Source: Candidatus Firestoneibacteriota bacterium (GTDB taxonomy: Bacteria; Oederibacteriota; D2-FULL-39-29). Taken from it: DNA of 64,000 nt. Position numbers and translations under genes: made by a program. Below, piece after piece: positions 1 through 10,043 of the stretch (positions are counted from its first letter, which is position 1; the number at the start of each line of letters is the position of its first letter). The notes under the pieces are model-generated. The model had not been told where the DNA came from. It saw only the letters and a program-made list of their open reading frames with translations, and ran no database searches. The DNA is taken from assembly GCA_903891415.1 (NCBI GenBank), contig CAITEH010000012.1, positions 1,136 to 65,135 on the forward strand, read 5' to 3'.

Positions 1-2976
1 CCGTTTAACTTTAATATCCGCCAGGATACCGTAGGGAACTAAATTATATTTGGGTGTCCAGTCGGCTTCATCCTGAAAGTAGTGCGCGGAAGCCCAGTAG
101 GTTATTCCGGCTTTGACATGATGCGGCCCAAGAAGATTACGCAGGCTGCTTACCAGCTCTATTTCGATAAGATTCTTTCCGTCTTTTGCGAGGGAAGTTA
201 TATCTACGCTAAACGGCTGCCAGCCAAGCTTGCCGGCGGCTTTTCCGTTAACGCTGACTTTTGCCACCACTGCGTTAAGTTTTTCCAGTTCCAGGAACAG
301 CCGCTCCCCGGGTTTCTTCTTTAGTTCAACAAACTGCTTATAGACCATCTCCCCGCCAAAGAACGGATACCCCTGCCTGCCCCAGTCGCCCCGGACAAGG
401 GTTTTTTGCTCCTTCCCTATAAAATAATGTTCTTTATCACGGCTATAGACACCGAAATCACCTATTATGTAGATGCTTTCCAATTCTATGTCCGCGCGGT
501 GCAGGAAGTTGAGCCTTATTTCATTCACGCCTTTCTTTACAAATTTAGTTATATCCAGCTTCTTGAATTCAAGGTCCACCCACCAGTCATTTTTTCCCTT
601 AACGTATTTTACTTTCCTGTTATTGACCAGTATCTCCATCCTGCCGGGTATTTCCATGGCAATAAATATCTTTTTGGGTACAGCTTTTACGGTAAAATTA
701 TATTTAAGCGCTACATTTGATCTCCAGCTGACGCTCATATTACGGTATAACTTCCAGAACTGGGTCCCGTCATTTACCCGGAGCTCTTCCGCTTCCTTTA
801 TACCGAAGGCCTTCCTTATGTTCAGCTGCGCCTTCCAGACCGGAACGGTTTTTGACCAGGGCTCCTCCATTATCTTATACCTGCAGAGATCCAGGGTCAG
901 GGCGTTGTGGTCCAGGCGCCTGTTTTCCCATTTGCCGCCAAGTTTAAACTCCCCTGTCAAGCGGCCCTGCTCTTCACCCGCCTTATAAGACGGCTGTTTT
1001 TCTTCATCCAAAATTATCAAATGCGACTGCGCGGGAGCGAACTTCAGGTTAAGGGAGGTAATTTCCTTAGAAGCCCCTGTCTCCGGGTCCCAGAGTTCCG
1101 TCCTGCCCGTTCTTCCCAGAGAAATTTCAGCATCCACCGCTTTGTTTTTATCTATATTTACGAAGAAATATATATGCTGCTTGCCGTCTATCCTGTGCTG
1201 GCAGTAAATTGAGGGGGCTTCGCGGCCTTCAGGATCCTTTATGCTCACATCCCGCGGAAGAACTTCCTTCAGGGCCTTTTCAAGCGCCGCTTTGCCGTGC
1301 TCCGCTACCGTGACGTTTTTGTGTTTGAATAAGCCGGCAAGTTCCCTGCTTTCAACGCCCTCGAGCATGACCGGCAAAGGTTTTATAACAACGACCCGGC
1401 CCCCGGCCTTGAGGAACTTCGCAACCAGGTCCACGGTACTCTTAAACCAGCTCAGTGAAGGCGGGATCACAACCGTTTTGTAGGACATTTTGTTGATAAC
1501 AAACTTTCCACCGGCTATCTTTCCGTGCTTTTTCATGATAATTTCATCACCGTAGTCAAAGTCATGATGGAGTTCAGAAAGCCACATACTGAGATCCAGG
1601 AATTTATCGTGCAATTTCTTTGTCGGCTCATAATTGTTGGCATCGAACAGGCACCAGGCCGAGGAGACGGGATGCAGCACCAGGACATCAGCGGTAAATT
1701 TTCCGCGGGTCATGATATAACTCAGCCGTCCAAAGTAGTCTTCCACCATATTGTAGTATTTCCACCATCTCTGCTGGTAACTGATGGCCTGGGGAAAATC
1801 GCGTTTCCTGCAGCCCTTCAGGGTATAGAGAGAAAGATGCTGGCATCTGAAATTCACACCCAGCACATATTCCCAGTCGCCTATCCATTTCTGGTCTTCA
1901 AAGGTCAGGTCCCAGCCGCCCACCCCGTAGAGCTCGGACATTACCCGCTCTTTTTCGAACTGGTGCGCGACGCTGGTGCACTGTTTTACCGTGCCATGAA
2001 CCCAGAAACAGCCTTTTACCTTGTCAACTATTCCCGCAAGGTGGTCAATTCCCGGCCATTGCATATACTCGTAATGGGGCATAGCCGCCCCTATGAAATG
2101 TATCTGGGAATTAAAAGTATCTTCATGCAGGAAATGCCCGGTAAAATTTATCCCGTTTTTTTCACACCAGGAACCGACGCGTTTGGCAAAATTTTCCACG
2201 AATATCCCGGTCGCGGCCTTCCAAAAATCATGCCTTATCTTTTCATAGCCCTTGAGTTTGAAGTTCAGGAAGTGCAGTTTGTCTTCTATTCTATAGCCGT
2301 TAACTTTCTTGAAATAGCCGAAGAACTTATCGGTCCAGGGAAAATTACTGAAATAGTCCTCGCCTCCCTTTACCCAGCTGACCAGGCCAAAGGTCGGCTC
2401 GTCCGTAAAAATTGCCGGCACCGTCCTGCCGAACTCTTTCCCGACAACCTTTTTATACGCTTCGTAGGTCGTGTCAATAAAGGCATCCGTGGTTTTTGGA
2501 TTTAACAGGTCCACATAGGAGGCGCCGTTAAAACCGGGATTATTTGACGGGGTGATCCTGGTGTAATAATAGTAGTTCTCATTTTTGAATTTATAGCCGT
2601 AAAGAAAGTTCAAGCCCGGGACGTCTTCTTTGGTCTTGAGGCACACAATGCTCTTTTGCCTGAGTTCGGGATCCCTTTCAGGGACAAAACCGCCCGCAAA
2701 ACCTGATGGCCACCGGTCTTCATCGTAAAGATAGGCATACATCCCGAGTTTTTTGGCTTCCTTTACGGAAACCTTAATAAGTTCCATCCATTCTTTACCC
2801 ATATACGGAGTAATAAGGCCCACTCTGGAGTGCATGAAAAAACCGCCTATACCCCTTTTCTTGAAGTCCCGTATCTGGCGGATCAGCTCTCTGGCTTCAA
2901 GTTTATCGTTCCAGGACCAAAAAGGCGCTCCGCGGAATATGGCAGAGGGTGTCAGGAAATCCTTCTTTGAGATCAT
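1..2976 (-). CDS. Large glycoside-hydrolase-like protein, C-terminus cut by window edge (at least 992 aa)
   Basis: Absent from the ORF track because it has no stop inside the window. ATG at 2976 is preceded by AAGGAG, and I translated the reverse frame by hand with no stop down to base 1. The N-terminus MISKKDFLTPSAIFRGAPFWSWNDKLEARELIRQIRDFKKRGIGGFFMHSR is a pattern I associate with large bacterial exo-glycosidases (GH106/rhamnosidase-like); the family assignment is uncertain. A jelly-roll-like C-terminal segment reads VSVNGKAAGKLGWQPFSVDITSL..LIEIELVSSLRNLLGPHH. The + strand ORFs 406-2505 are antisense shadows. Confidence 0.75.
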   Translation of the reverse strand, partial: MISKKDFLTPSAIFRGAPFWSWNDKLEARELIRQIRDFKKRGIGGFFMHSRVGLITPYMGKEWMELIKVSVKEAKKLGMYAYLYDEDRWPSGFAGGFVPERDPELRQKSIVCLKTKEDVPGLNFLYGYKFKNENYYYYTRITPSNNPGFNGASYVDLLNPKTTDAFIDTTYEAYKKVVGKEFGRTVPAIFTDEPTFGLVSWVKGGEDYFSNFPWTDKFFGYFKKVNGYRIEDKLHFLNFKLKGYEKIRHDFWKAATGIFVENFAKRVGSWCEKNGINFTGHFLHEDTFNSQIHFIGAAMPHYEYMQWPGIDHLAGIVDKVKGCFWVHGTVKQCTSVAHQFEKERVMSELYGVGGWDLTFEDQKWIGDWEYVLGVNFRCQHLSLYTLKGCRKRDFPQAISYQQRWWKYYNMVEDYFGRLSYIMTRGKFTADVLVLHPVSSAWCLFDANNYEPTKKLHDKFLDLSMWLSELHHDFDYGDEIIMKKHGKIAGGKFVINKMSYKTVVIPPSLSWFKSTVDLVAKFLKAGGRVVVIKPLPVMLEGVESRELAGLFKHKNVTVAEHGKAALEKALKEVLPRDVSIKDPEGREAPSIYCQHRIDGKQHIYFFVNIDKNKAVDAEISLGRTGRTELWDPETGASKEITSLNLKFAPAQSHLIILDEEKQPSYKAGEEQGRLTGEFKLGGKWENRRLDHNALTLDLCRYKIMEEPWSKTVPVWKAQLNIRKAFGIKEAEELRVNDGTQFWKLYRNMSVSWRSNVALKYNFTVKAVPKKIFIAMEIPGRMEILVNNRKVKYVKGKNDWWVDLEFKKLDITKFVKKGVNEIRLNFLHRADIELESIYIIGDFGVYSRDKEHYFIGKEQKTLVRGDWGRQGYPFFGGEMVYKQFVELKKKPGERLFLELEKLNAVVAKVSVNGKAAGKLGWQPFSVDITSLAKDGKNLIEIELVSSLRNLLGPHHVKAGITYWASAHYFQDEADWTPKYNLVPYGILADIKVKR

Positions 2977-3131
2977 TTTTTTCTCCTTTTGTTGAGGTTC
3001 TATTCAAGTATTTTATTATAAAAAGCTGTTATATTCCACTATTACTTTGACCTTAAAATAATCCGGAAAGGCCGGCGGGAAAAATACCGTTTTGAAAATA
3101 ACTTATTACAAATTGACTGGAGGCCTGAAGT

Positions 3132-5540
3132 TCAATCCTCAATCAGCCAGAAGCAGTCGAAAAACAGTTTTCCGGAACCTGGCACAGCAGCGTAGTTAAC
3201 CGTAAAGAACGCCGGATCAACTACCTCTCCGATCTCAATTGCATGAAACTGTCCGTCGTCCAGGTCTTCATAGAGTATGCTTTTGGTTAGCTCCTTCTCT
3301 TTTAGGGCAGTTTCAACCGGCAGTCCCAGGGTTATGAACTTTGCCATTATACCCTTCCCTGTGTCTATTTTTTTCCCGTTTTTACTGTTGGATACACTAC
3401 AGTATAAGATCTGCCCTTTCCTGAATTTCCCCTCCGCTTTTACGCGTGCAAATATTTTATATTTTTTACCGGGAGTATATTCCTCTCCCGGCGTAAGCCC
3501 CAGCCATACGCCGAAGGCCGGGCTTTTTAATACTTCACACCAGCCGTCGCTTGCTTCCGGAGTCCTCTGCCATAATTGCGGGTCTCCATCCATCTGGCAG
3601 GCCTGGATCAGCCGGTATTTTTTGCTGTCAACATCCTTTAATTCCGGCGGTATTGCTTTGCCCCCCAGCGCCGCATAGTCACTCAGCCAATCAACGGCCG
3701 GAAGTTTATCCGCACCCTGTTCTTTTTTTACCTGCAGGTAATTTTTTGCCAGTTCCTGTAAATCCAGCATCCCCGCTTTTTCTTCGGTCAATTTCCAGGT
3801 AACGCTTTCAGGCCCCCGTTTTGCAAGAATATACCAGACCGGAAGATGCGCGTGCCTTACCCGTTTTTCCAGTTCCAAATCCCCTTTTGCAAGTTTTTCT
3901 GCTTCCCTAAGCACCTGCTCGGCCGCGGCAATTGTCTCCGGCCGAAGATGCAGCGAATTAAGATAACCTCCGTGGAAGGGCAGATAAAATTCCTTGTTCT
4001 CCCTGGGAACCTTATGGAGCACGTCAATGTATTTTTGAATAGCGGGCGCCGCCGCGCCGTAATACCCGTTAAGGAACTCGGAGATCAGGGCCTGCCCGCC
4101 GGCCTCCGGGTTCCAGAGCGCTTTTGCCTCTACCCACATGCGCAGCCCGTAGAATTCCGCGCCCCTGTTGCTTAAGGAGCCCAGAATAAATATTCCTTTG
4201 AAGTTATGTTCTGAATAATACTTAATATTGGGAACCAGGACATCGAGGTCAGGATACGGCATATAGGGATGTTCCAAACTTACCGTATAATCATAGAGGA
4301 GCATGTTACCGGAGATCTTACTCCAGCCTTCGACTTCCCTCCTGACTCTTTTATTCTCGCCCGGCCGGTAATAATAGTGGCTTCCCGGCTGAAAATTATT
4401 TTCTATATCAATGTCTTCATCGTTCTTTGAGGAAAGCGGGTGGGCATAGTCACCGGACAAAGTATCATAGGCAATTATCACATTGTCCCGCGGCCTTAAG
4501 GTTTTTGGCGGGTTACAGGCCCAGGAATAAGCGCTTGTCACTATTTTCGCGCCGGGTATTTCCCTTTCCACACCTTCGGCTACCTGGTTGGCAAACCGGA
4601 TAAGAAGCCCGGCAGGCCCTTCCTTTTCGGCCAGTTCGGTACAAACCTTGCACTGGCAATACTTCCCGATTCCTTCCGTGTCAAGTGAAACAGCCGTGAA
4701 TTTGGCGTCGGGATGCGCTTTTTGTTCTTTAATTACGCCGGCCGTTACCGCTTTGACCACTTCAGGATTTGTATAACACGGCTGGGTGTTCGGCCTGCGC
4801 TCTCCGTCCAGCAGCTGCCACATATCTTTAGTTATAGCAACGCCAGAACCCAGCAACAGGTCCTTGGAACCGTGCAAAAAGTGCCTCCCGATATATTCAT
4901 ATCTTCCCCCGAGCTTTTCCTGGTCAGGCCCTGATTCCCACGACATGCCGTTCAATTTATTTCTTGCCATCCAGAGCTTACCGTTCTTGTCCCAGGCGTT
5001 CCCGTTCATCATGTCGCGGTAGATAAGTTTGGGAATTTCTAAAAGATCAAGTTCAGGAACTATAATGGTAGTAAGTTTTGGAATTGAAGTTTCAGAGGGC
5101 GTCCACCAGCGGACTCCAAGTTTCTCCAGCACTGTGTAGACTCCGTACATCGTCCCGCGCCTGCGGCCTCCCGCTATGACCAGGCGCTTGCCGGCCGTCT
5201 TTATCTGATAGCCGTCTTCCCCGAGTTTTTGAAGCTCCACCTTTATGCCGAGCGAACGGGCCGCCGGGCCGTCCCCGAGAATAACTGCCTTTTCCGGCAG
5301 AACACCGCCTTCCTCCTGTACCGGAAGCACAGCTCCGCTCATCTGCTTAATATGGTCAACCAGTTCTTCTGCCGCCCATTTTTCCGATAAGCTTGCGTCT
5401 TTGGAAACAATAATAGTATACTCACCGGTACCTTTGCTAACCAGGGTCAGAGGAGCGGCTAAAAACTGGACAGAAGCCAGACAGATAACCGAAATAACCG
5501 CCGAGAATGTCCGTAAATCAAAAATAGATATTTTTTTCAT
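3132..5540 (-). CDS. DUF4838-type secreted putative glycoside hydrolase
   Basis: 802 aa with ATG plus AGAGGA RBS and an N-terminal signal peptide. GEYTIIVSKDASLSEKWAAEELVDHIKQMSGAVLPV followed later by the Cys cluster YCQCKVCTELAEKEG matches the DUF4838 layout as I remember it. Confidence 0.82.
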   Translation of the reverse strand: MKKISIFDLRTFSAVISVICLASVQFLAAPLTLVSKGTGEYTIIVSKDASLSEKWAAEELVDHIKQMSGAVLPVQEEGGVLPEKAVILGDGPAARSLGIKVELQKLGEDGYQIKTAGKRLVIAGGRRRGTMYGVYTVLEKLGVRWWTPSETSIPKLTTIIVPELDLLEIPKLIYRDMMNGNAWDKNGKLWMARNKLNGMSWESGPDQEKLGGRYEYIGRHFLHGSKDLLLGSGVAITKDMWQLLDGERRPNTQPCYTNPEVVKAVTAGVIKEQKAHPDAKFTAVSLDTEGIGKYCQCKVCTELAEKEGPAGLLIRFANQVAEGVEREIPGAKIVTSAYSWACNPPKTLRPRDNVIIAYDTLSGDYAHPLSSKNDEDIDIENNFQPGSHYYYRPGENKRVRREVEGWSKISGNMLLYDYTVSLEHPYMPYPDLDVLVPNIKYYSEHNFKGIFILGSLSNRGAEFYGLRMWVEAKALWNPEAGGQALISEFLNGYYGAAAPAIQKYIDVLHKVPRENKEFYLPFHGGYLNSLHLRPETIAAAEQVLREAEKLAKGDLELEKRVRHAHLPVWYILAKRGPESVTWKLTEEKAGMLDLQELAKNYLQVKKEQGADKLPAVDWLSDYAALGGKAIPPELKDVDSKKYRLIQACQMDGDPQLWQRTPEASDGWCEVLKSPAFGVWLGLTPGEEYTPGKKYKIFARVKAEGKFRKGQILYCSVSNSKNGKKIDTGKGIMAKFITLGLPVETALKEKELTKSILYEDLDDGQFHAIEIGEVVDPAFFTVNYAAVPGSGKLFFDCFWLIED

Positions 5541-5562
5541 ATTTTCCTCTTCTTATTTTGCT

Positions 5563-8367
5563 TTATTTCTCCAGGTTCAAAGTTCCAAGTCCCCGGGCAT
5601 CTTGCCAGAAGGCAAAATTGGGCTTGTAAGGGTAAAGCAGGTTCTGCTTTCTTGCCCAGCCCACTATCTCTCTAACATTACCTTTTTTAGTGGACATTAA
5701 ATTATCTTGTTTGTCCCTGTCGGAGACGCTTACCTGAAAACCTATACTCTCACCGGAGCTCAAATTCATTTCGGAAAGAGGCGCTGTGCCCTCAACAAGA
5801 TAGCCTTCCTGCGTACGGTAACAGGTGTACTTAAAACCATTTTTTCCTTCACCGGTAAATTTTTCCTTATCCAGCGGGGCCGCGATCTGCCAGGCATAAT
5901 CCCACTTTTCCAGCTTGCTTTTTAAGTTCATATAATTTGAGCTTGAAAAACGGAGCTCGCAGCCGTCGGTCTTGTCCAGAACATCGTCTTTTACTTCGAG
6001 GCCGATATAAAGCGTCTTCCCGTCATGACAGAGCCGCAGGCGGATTGACAGGTCTTTAGGCCCGGTCCAGCTATTCGGGAAAAACACGTGGCCGGCAAGA
6101 TATTCCCCGCCTGCCGCCGTAATATCTGTCGCGGACTTGGGCCAGTTATCCAGGTTTCCGTTAAGTTCGAAAGAGGAAGTAACTTTTGCGGCTTTAACCT
6201 CCGGCCTTTTTAGAATATCCTTCCTCAGGGCTAACTCTTTTTCCAGGCCAAACCCCAGAGCTATATCCGCCGAGTAAAGTTTTCCTTCACCAAACAGTTT
6301 CTTCGCGTCTTTAAGCGGTTCCAGGTAGACCTCCGGCGCGGCATTTTCTTTGATAGCTTTGAGGTCAGTATAAGCCTTCTCATAATCCTTGACCCTGTTT
6401 TCCACAAAACTCTTATAGTCCGCACAGGGAGGGACTGTCACTTTTGGCTCTGTCAAAATGCTATCCGTTAAGGTCACAAGTTCGTAGGGCGGTAATTTTA
6501 TTATTTTCCCGTCTATTGAAATTTCAGAAGCAAAAGGCACCTTGCTTTGTATTGAAATATAGCGTTTCTGTTTATAATTCAGCCATCTGACCTTGAAGGT
6601 ATCCGGTACACCGGCAACATCCTGCAAAGTTTCCGGCGGAAGGGACCTGAAGGCTTTTGCAAATCTTCTGACTGCCGTCTCCATGCCAAAGTATTTTACA
6701 TTCCAGGTGCCCTGGGTTATTCCCAGCCGGTCATTATGCGCTATTACCCGGCCCAGAGAGGCCAGAGACATAGAAAGCGGCGGATTAAAATCCGGCCCGG
6801 TCCAGTCTTTCCTGTACCAGAAGTTAATGCCTTCCATCAATCCGGTCCAGCCCTCGTTAAAAGTAGAAAACACTCCGCCGTATTTAGAGCCCGCATTGTC
6901 GGACCTGGGCTGAGAACGGTCAACGTCATAGTAGACTCCCGCTCTCGGTTGGAAGGTATATTGATAATGTACTCTATGGTCGTCAGGATAGAACATTTCA
7001 TAAACGGTCAAACCGTCAATTTTTTTCATCTCCGCGGGCTCATTTTTCCAGGACTTTAAACACCCGGCAACCTCCCGGGCTAAATACCCGGTCCAGGAGC
7101 CGCCTTCTTTTTCCCATTTTGAGATGATGTCAACCATATCCGGACTGGAATTTCCCTGTATGGTGTTGCCGTCAAAATACGGTTCCTGAAGATATTTGTT
7201 TCCCACATAGGTAACAACTTCCCAGTCGGGGCGTTTTTTCTTTATAAAACCCACGACGTCTTTTACTATCCCGGCTTTTTCAAGGAGATTATAAAAACCG
7301 ATCGTCTCCAGACTGCCGAGGGTAACACCCTTGAGTGATTTGTACTTGCCGTATTTTTCAATAAATTCGCCGAAGCCTTTGAGTATTACTTCTTTGAGTT
7401 CCTCCGGTTTCATATCCTTAACATCCTTGCCTTTAGACTTAACCGTGCCGTACATGCCTACCGCAACTACTCCGGCAAGCAGTTCAACACCGCCTTTAGC
7501 GTCCATAGTTTTCAAAATGTCGTCCAGATAACCTTTATCATCCGTATCCCAGGAAGGCACAGTGCACATTGCTCCCCAGTCCTGATTCGCATAGACCATC
7601 ATTGTCACTCTGTTGATCCCGACATACTTGCAATACTCGAGCATATGCTCAACAGATCTTTTGCTGTCCCTGCCAAAATAATCCCGCGTGGCCAAAAATG
7701 CCAGAGGGAAGAACATATCCAGGACTCTCTGCTTGCCCGGCACCGGGGCCTCTAGCTTTAACTCCGGCAAACCCCCGGCTATTTCATAGACCCAGATCCT
7801 GCTTGCGGCTCCCGAAGAACCGCTCTGCATAAAATTCTCTATCAGAAGAGGGGTCCACTTGTCCTGCGGCCAGGATATATAGGTAAAGTATTGCATTTTA
7901 TTCGTAAGCGGAAGGGGTTCCCCGGTATATACGCCCCCTTCCAGGCTGAAGGATAAATGAGGGCCTCCCGGCCTGTTTGAGTCATGGGTCATAAAACTCA
8001 TAAGCCTTACCGCGTCATCGGGATATTCTATGACTATAAAAATAGGGTTATCTTTGCCCGCTGTCTTATGCATGTAAGAAAAGAAGGCATGCCTGTGGGC
8101 GGCCGTGATCCTGTATTTTCCCGCCGGCCCGGATGTGAGCTTTGAGGTTCCCTGGTCCATAAATCCGTGCGGATCTTTCGGATCCGTACAGTCCACAAAA
8201 TCAATAAGCTTCAGGTTGAGGCCGTGGTTCAATTCTGCCGGCATATCCGGCGCATTTTTTACGATATTCGCCGACAGCTCAACAGTGACCGGCTGCGGTT
8301 TTTCCGCCGCATTCACGTTTAAGGCAAATGCGGCTCCCAAAAACAGAAAACATAACAATTTTTTCAT
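5563..8367 (-). CDS. Large secreted protein of unknown family with C-terminal CBM9/DOMON-like module (paralog A)
   Basis: 934 aa with GGGAGGAG RBS and signal peptide MKKLLCFLFLGAAFALNVNA. It is alignable by eye over its whole length with the 15213-18062 product. The C-terminus LNGNLDNWPKS...WTGPKDLSIRLRLCHDGKTLYIGLEVKDDVLD resembles CBM9-like carbohydrate-binding modules. Confidence 0.85.
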   Translation of the reverse strand: MKKLLCFLFLGAAFALNVNAAEKPQPVTVELSANIVKNAPDMPAELNHGLNLKLIDFVDCTDPKDPHGFMDQGTSKLTSGPAGKYRITAAHRHAFFSYMHKTAGKDNPIFIVIEYPDDAVRLMSFMTHDSNRPGGPHLSFSLEGGVYTGEPLPLTNKMQYFTYISWPQDKWTPLLIENFMQSGSSGAASRIWVYEIAGGLPELKLEAPVPGKQRVLDMFFPLAFLATRDYFGRDSKRSVEHMLEYCKYVGINRVTMMVYANQDWGAMCTVPSWDTDDKGYLDDILKTMDAKGGVELLAGVVAVGMYGTVKSKGKDVKDMKPEELKEVILKGFGEFIEKYGKYKSLKGVTLGSLETIGFYNLLEKAGIVKDVVGFIKKKRPDWEVVTYVGNKYLQEPYFDGNTIQGNSSPDMVDIISKWEKEGGSWTGYLAREVAGCLKSWKNEPAEMKKIDGLTVYEMFYPDDHRVHYQYTFQPRAGVYYDVDRSQPRSDNAGSKYGGVFSTFNEGWTGLMEGINFWYRKDWTGPDFNPPLSMSLASLGRVIAHNDRLGITQGTWNVKYFGMETAVRRFAKAFRSLPPETLQDVAGVPDTFKVRWLNYKQKRYISIQSKVPFASEISIDGKIIKLPPYELVTLTDSILTEPKVTVPPCADYKSFVENRVKDYEKAYTDLKAIKENAAPEVYLEPLKDAKKLFGEGKLYSADIALGFGLEKELALRKDILKRPEVKAAKVTSSFELNGNLDNWPKSATDITAAGGEYLAGHVFFPNSWTGPKDLSIRLRLCHDGKTLYIGLEVKDDVLDKTDGCELRFSSSNYMNLKSKLEKWDYAWQIAAPLDKEKFTGEGKNGFKYTCYRTQEGYLVEGTAPLSEMNLSSGESIGFQVSVSDRDKQDNLMSTKKGNVREIVGWARKQNLLYPYKPNFAFWQDARGLGTLNLEK

Positions 8368-8524
8368 TTACTCCTCCCGTTAAGAAAATAAGCCACAAGG
8401 TACAAGAGAACAGCGAACAGAGGTACAGCTAGAACAGCTTACAGTTAACGGATGTACGGAAGTACAGCTAGTAATTTATTTCTTTTGCTGTCTGCCGTCA
8501 GCCGTACTTCTGCTCCTCTGTTTT

Positions 8525-10006
8525 TTATCTTGGTACACCTTTATAGATCCAGGCCGTATTATGCACAGGTAAATAATTGCCGTCAAATCCGCCGGCATAC
8601 AGAGTTCCCGGCGGGTCGCCGGGAAACGGTGACAATGCCAGGGTCCTGGTGGAGACCAGTTTGGGTTTTACAGCCAGAGCCGGGTCAAAGATCTCCCTGA
8701 GTTCATACTTGCCGTCCGCATGACGGATCAGAAAATTGGCGTTTGCATTCCAGTATTTAAAACGGTGCGTCTCGTCCAGCTTCGGCGTGACAATTTCAAA
8801 ACCGATAAACAGGGAAGGCGCTTCCTTTGAAGGATACGGGTATACCAGCATATTGTTATAAGCCGCAACACCATATTTAACGGTGGTCTTCCAGATACCG
8901 GCAAGATACCCGGAAACATTCAGGTCTTCCTTGCATTCAAAGTTTGCCAGGGGATCGACGCTAAGAATCACCAGAGGATCATCCTCTACCGTAAAAAGTA
9001 TCCTCCCGCCTTTCCCGCCTTGAGCAGGTATGGCTGTAAGGCCTCTAAACCCCGTTCCCCTGCCGGAGTTAGAATTCAAATGATGTTCAAATACGACTTT
9101 CCATATAGGGCTTTTTCCGTCCTGTCTTTCATATAAACGGTCATAGACCGAAGCGTACAGCTTGCCGTTACATTCCACAAAACTGGTAACCCTCAGGTCA
9201 TCTTTCGGCTGTTTGGCATAGGCCTTGCTTTCCAGAAGCTCGGGCTTTTTATCCCACACCAGGCGGTCCATCCGCGGATCATACCTGCCCGAGTAAATAC
9301 CGGGATGTTCTTTCCAGCCAAAACCCGCAAGGAGCTGTTGTGCCTGCGTGGCCTTATCTTCATAAACGGTAAAACTGCGTACCGGGTGGTACTGAGTTCC
9401 ATCATCCAGGACTGCGTTTACCCATTTGCCTGATTTGTCGGTTTTATAGAAAACTTCGGTCGCTCCGCCGCCGTTCAGCCATACCCCGGCTATAAGAATA
9501 GAAACAGGAGGAATAGAATTGCCGTCCAAGTCCCGGGTAAATTTAACGGCTGAAAGCATGCTCACTGCCAGATACTTCCTGCACCCTGAAAAATGAAACC
9601 GCATTGTCCAATTTTTAAGTACTCTTAAATTTAAGGGATCCCAGCTCACCCGTTCCGGCAGTTCCAGATCCACCTTCCATTCTGACTTTGCCGAATCCAG
9701 GACCAGAACCTGGGCTCCCGGTAACTCCAGGTTCTTTAACTGTGAATCTGACCAGTAGCCCATCGCCGCATAGAGCTTGCCGTTAAAAGGAACCAGCGCT
9801 CTTGTTTCTGTGCCTCCGATAGGCCCGGTTGCCGGAGACATCCATTCGACAGGCAGGGACCGTCTCCAGTCAAACGACAGGGGTTCGATATATTCGGCTA
9901 TTGCCCGCGCCCCCAAGCTCAAAAAGAAAAAAACAACTAATAAAAATATTTGCCAAATTGCAAACCTATTGCGTAAATATTTTTCAAGGCAGGGAAAAGT
10001 CCGCAA
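8525..10006 (-). CDS. Secreted/anchored hypothetical protein
   Basis: 493 aa. TTG start with AAAGGAG 7 nt upstream, and a hydrophobic N-terminal segment IWQIFLLVVFFFLSLGARAIA. I recognise no motif. The Gly/Trp/Tyr-rich repetitive beta-type sequence suggests a propeller-like fold (inference). Confidence 0.65.
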   Translation of the reverse strand: MRTFPCLEKYLRNRFAIWQIFLLVVFFFLSLGARAIAEYIEPLSFDWRRSLPVEWMSPATGPIGGTETRALVPFNGKLYAAMGYWSDSQLKNLELPGAQVLVLDSAKSEWKVDLELPERVSWDPLNLRVLKNWTMRFHFSGCRKYLAVSMLSAVKFTRDLDGNSIPPVSILIAGVWLNGGGATEVFYKTDKSGKWVNAVLDDGTQYHPVRSFTVYEDKATQAQQLLAGFGWKEHPGIYSGRYDPRMDRLVWDKKPELLESKAYAKQPKDDLRVTSFVECNGKLYASVYDRLYERQDGKSPIWKVVFEHHLNSNSGRGTGFRGLTAIPAQGGKGGRILFTVEDDPLVILSVDPLANFECKEDLNVSGYLAGIWKTTVKYGVAAYNNMLVYPYPSKEAPSLFIGFEIVTPKLDETHRFKYWNANANFLIRHADGKYELREIFDPALAVKPKLVSTRTLALSPFPGDPPGTLYAGGFDGNYLPVHNTAWIYKGVPR

Positions 10007-10043
10007 AGCAACACTCCTTTACCGCCATTTCACCCGGAAAACA

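Noticed and set aside
406-2505. The + strand ORFs 406-720, 473-988, 907-1212, 1241-1483 and 1525-2505
   Set aside because: All lie antisense to a continuous, stop-free minus-strand frame (1-2976) with a strong RBS and glycosidase-like sequence. Their products are compositionally odd (Phe/Ile/Leu-rich shadows).
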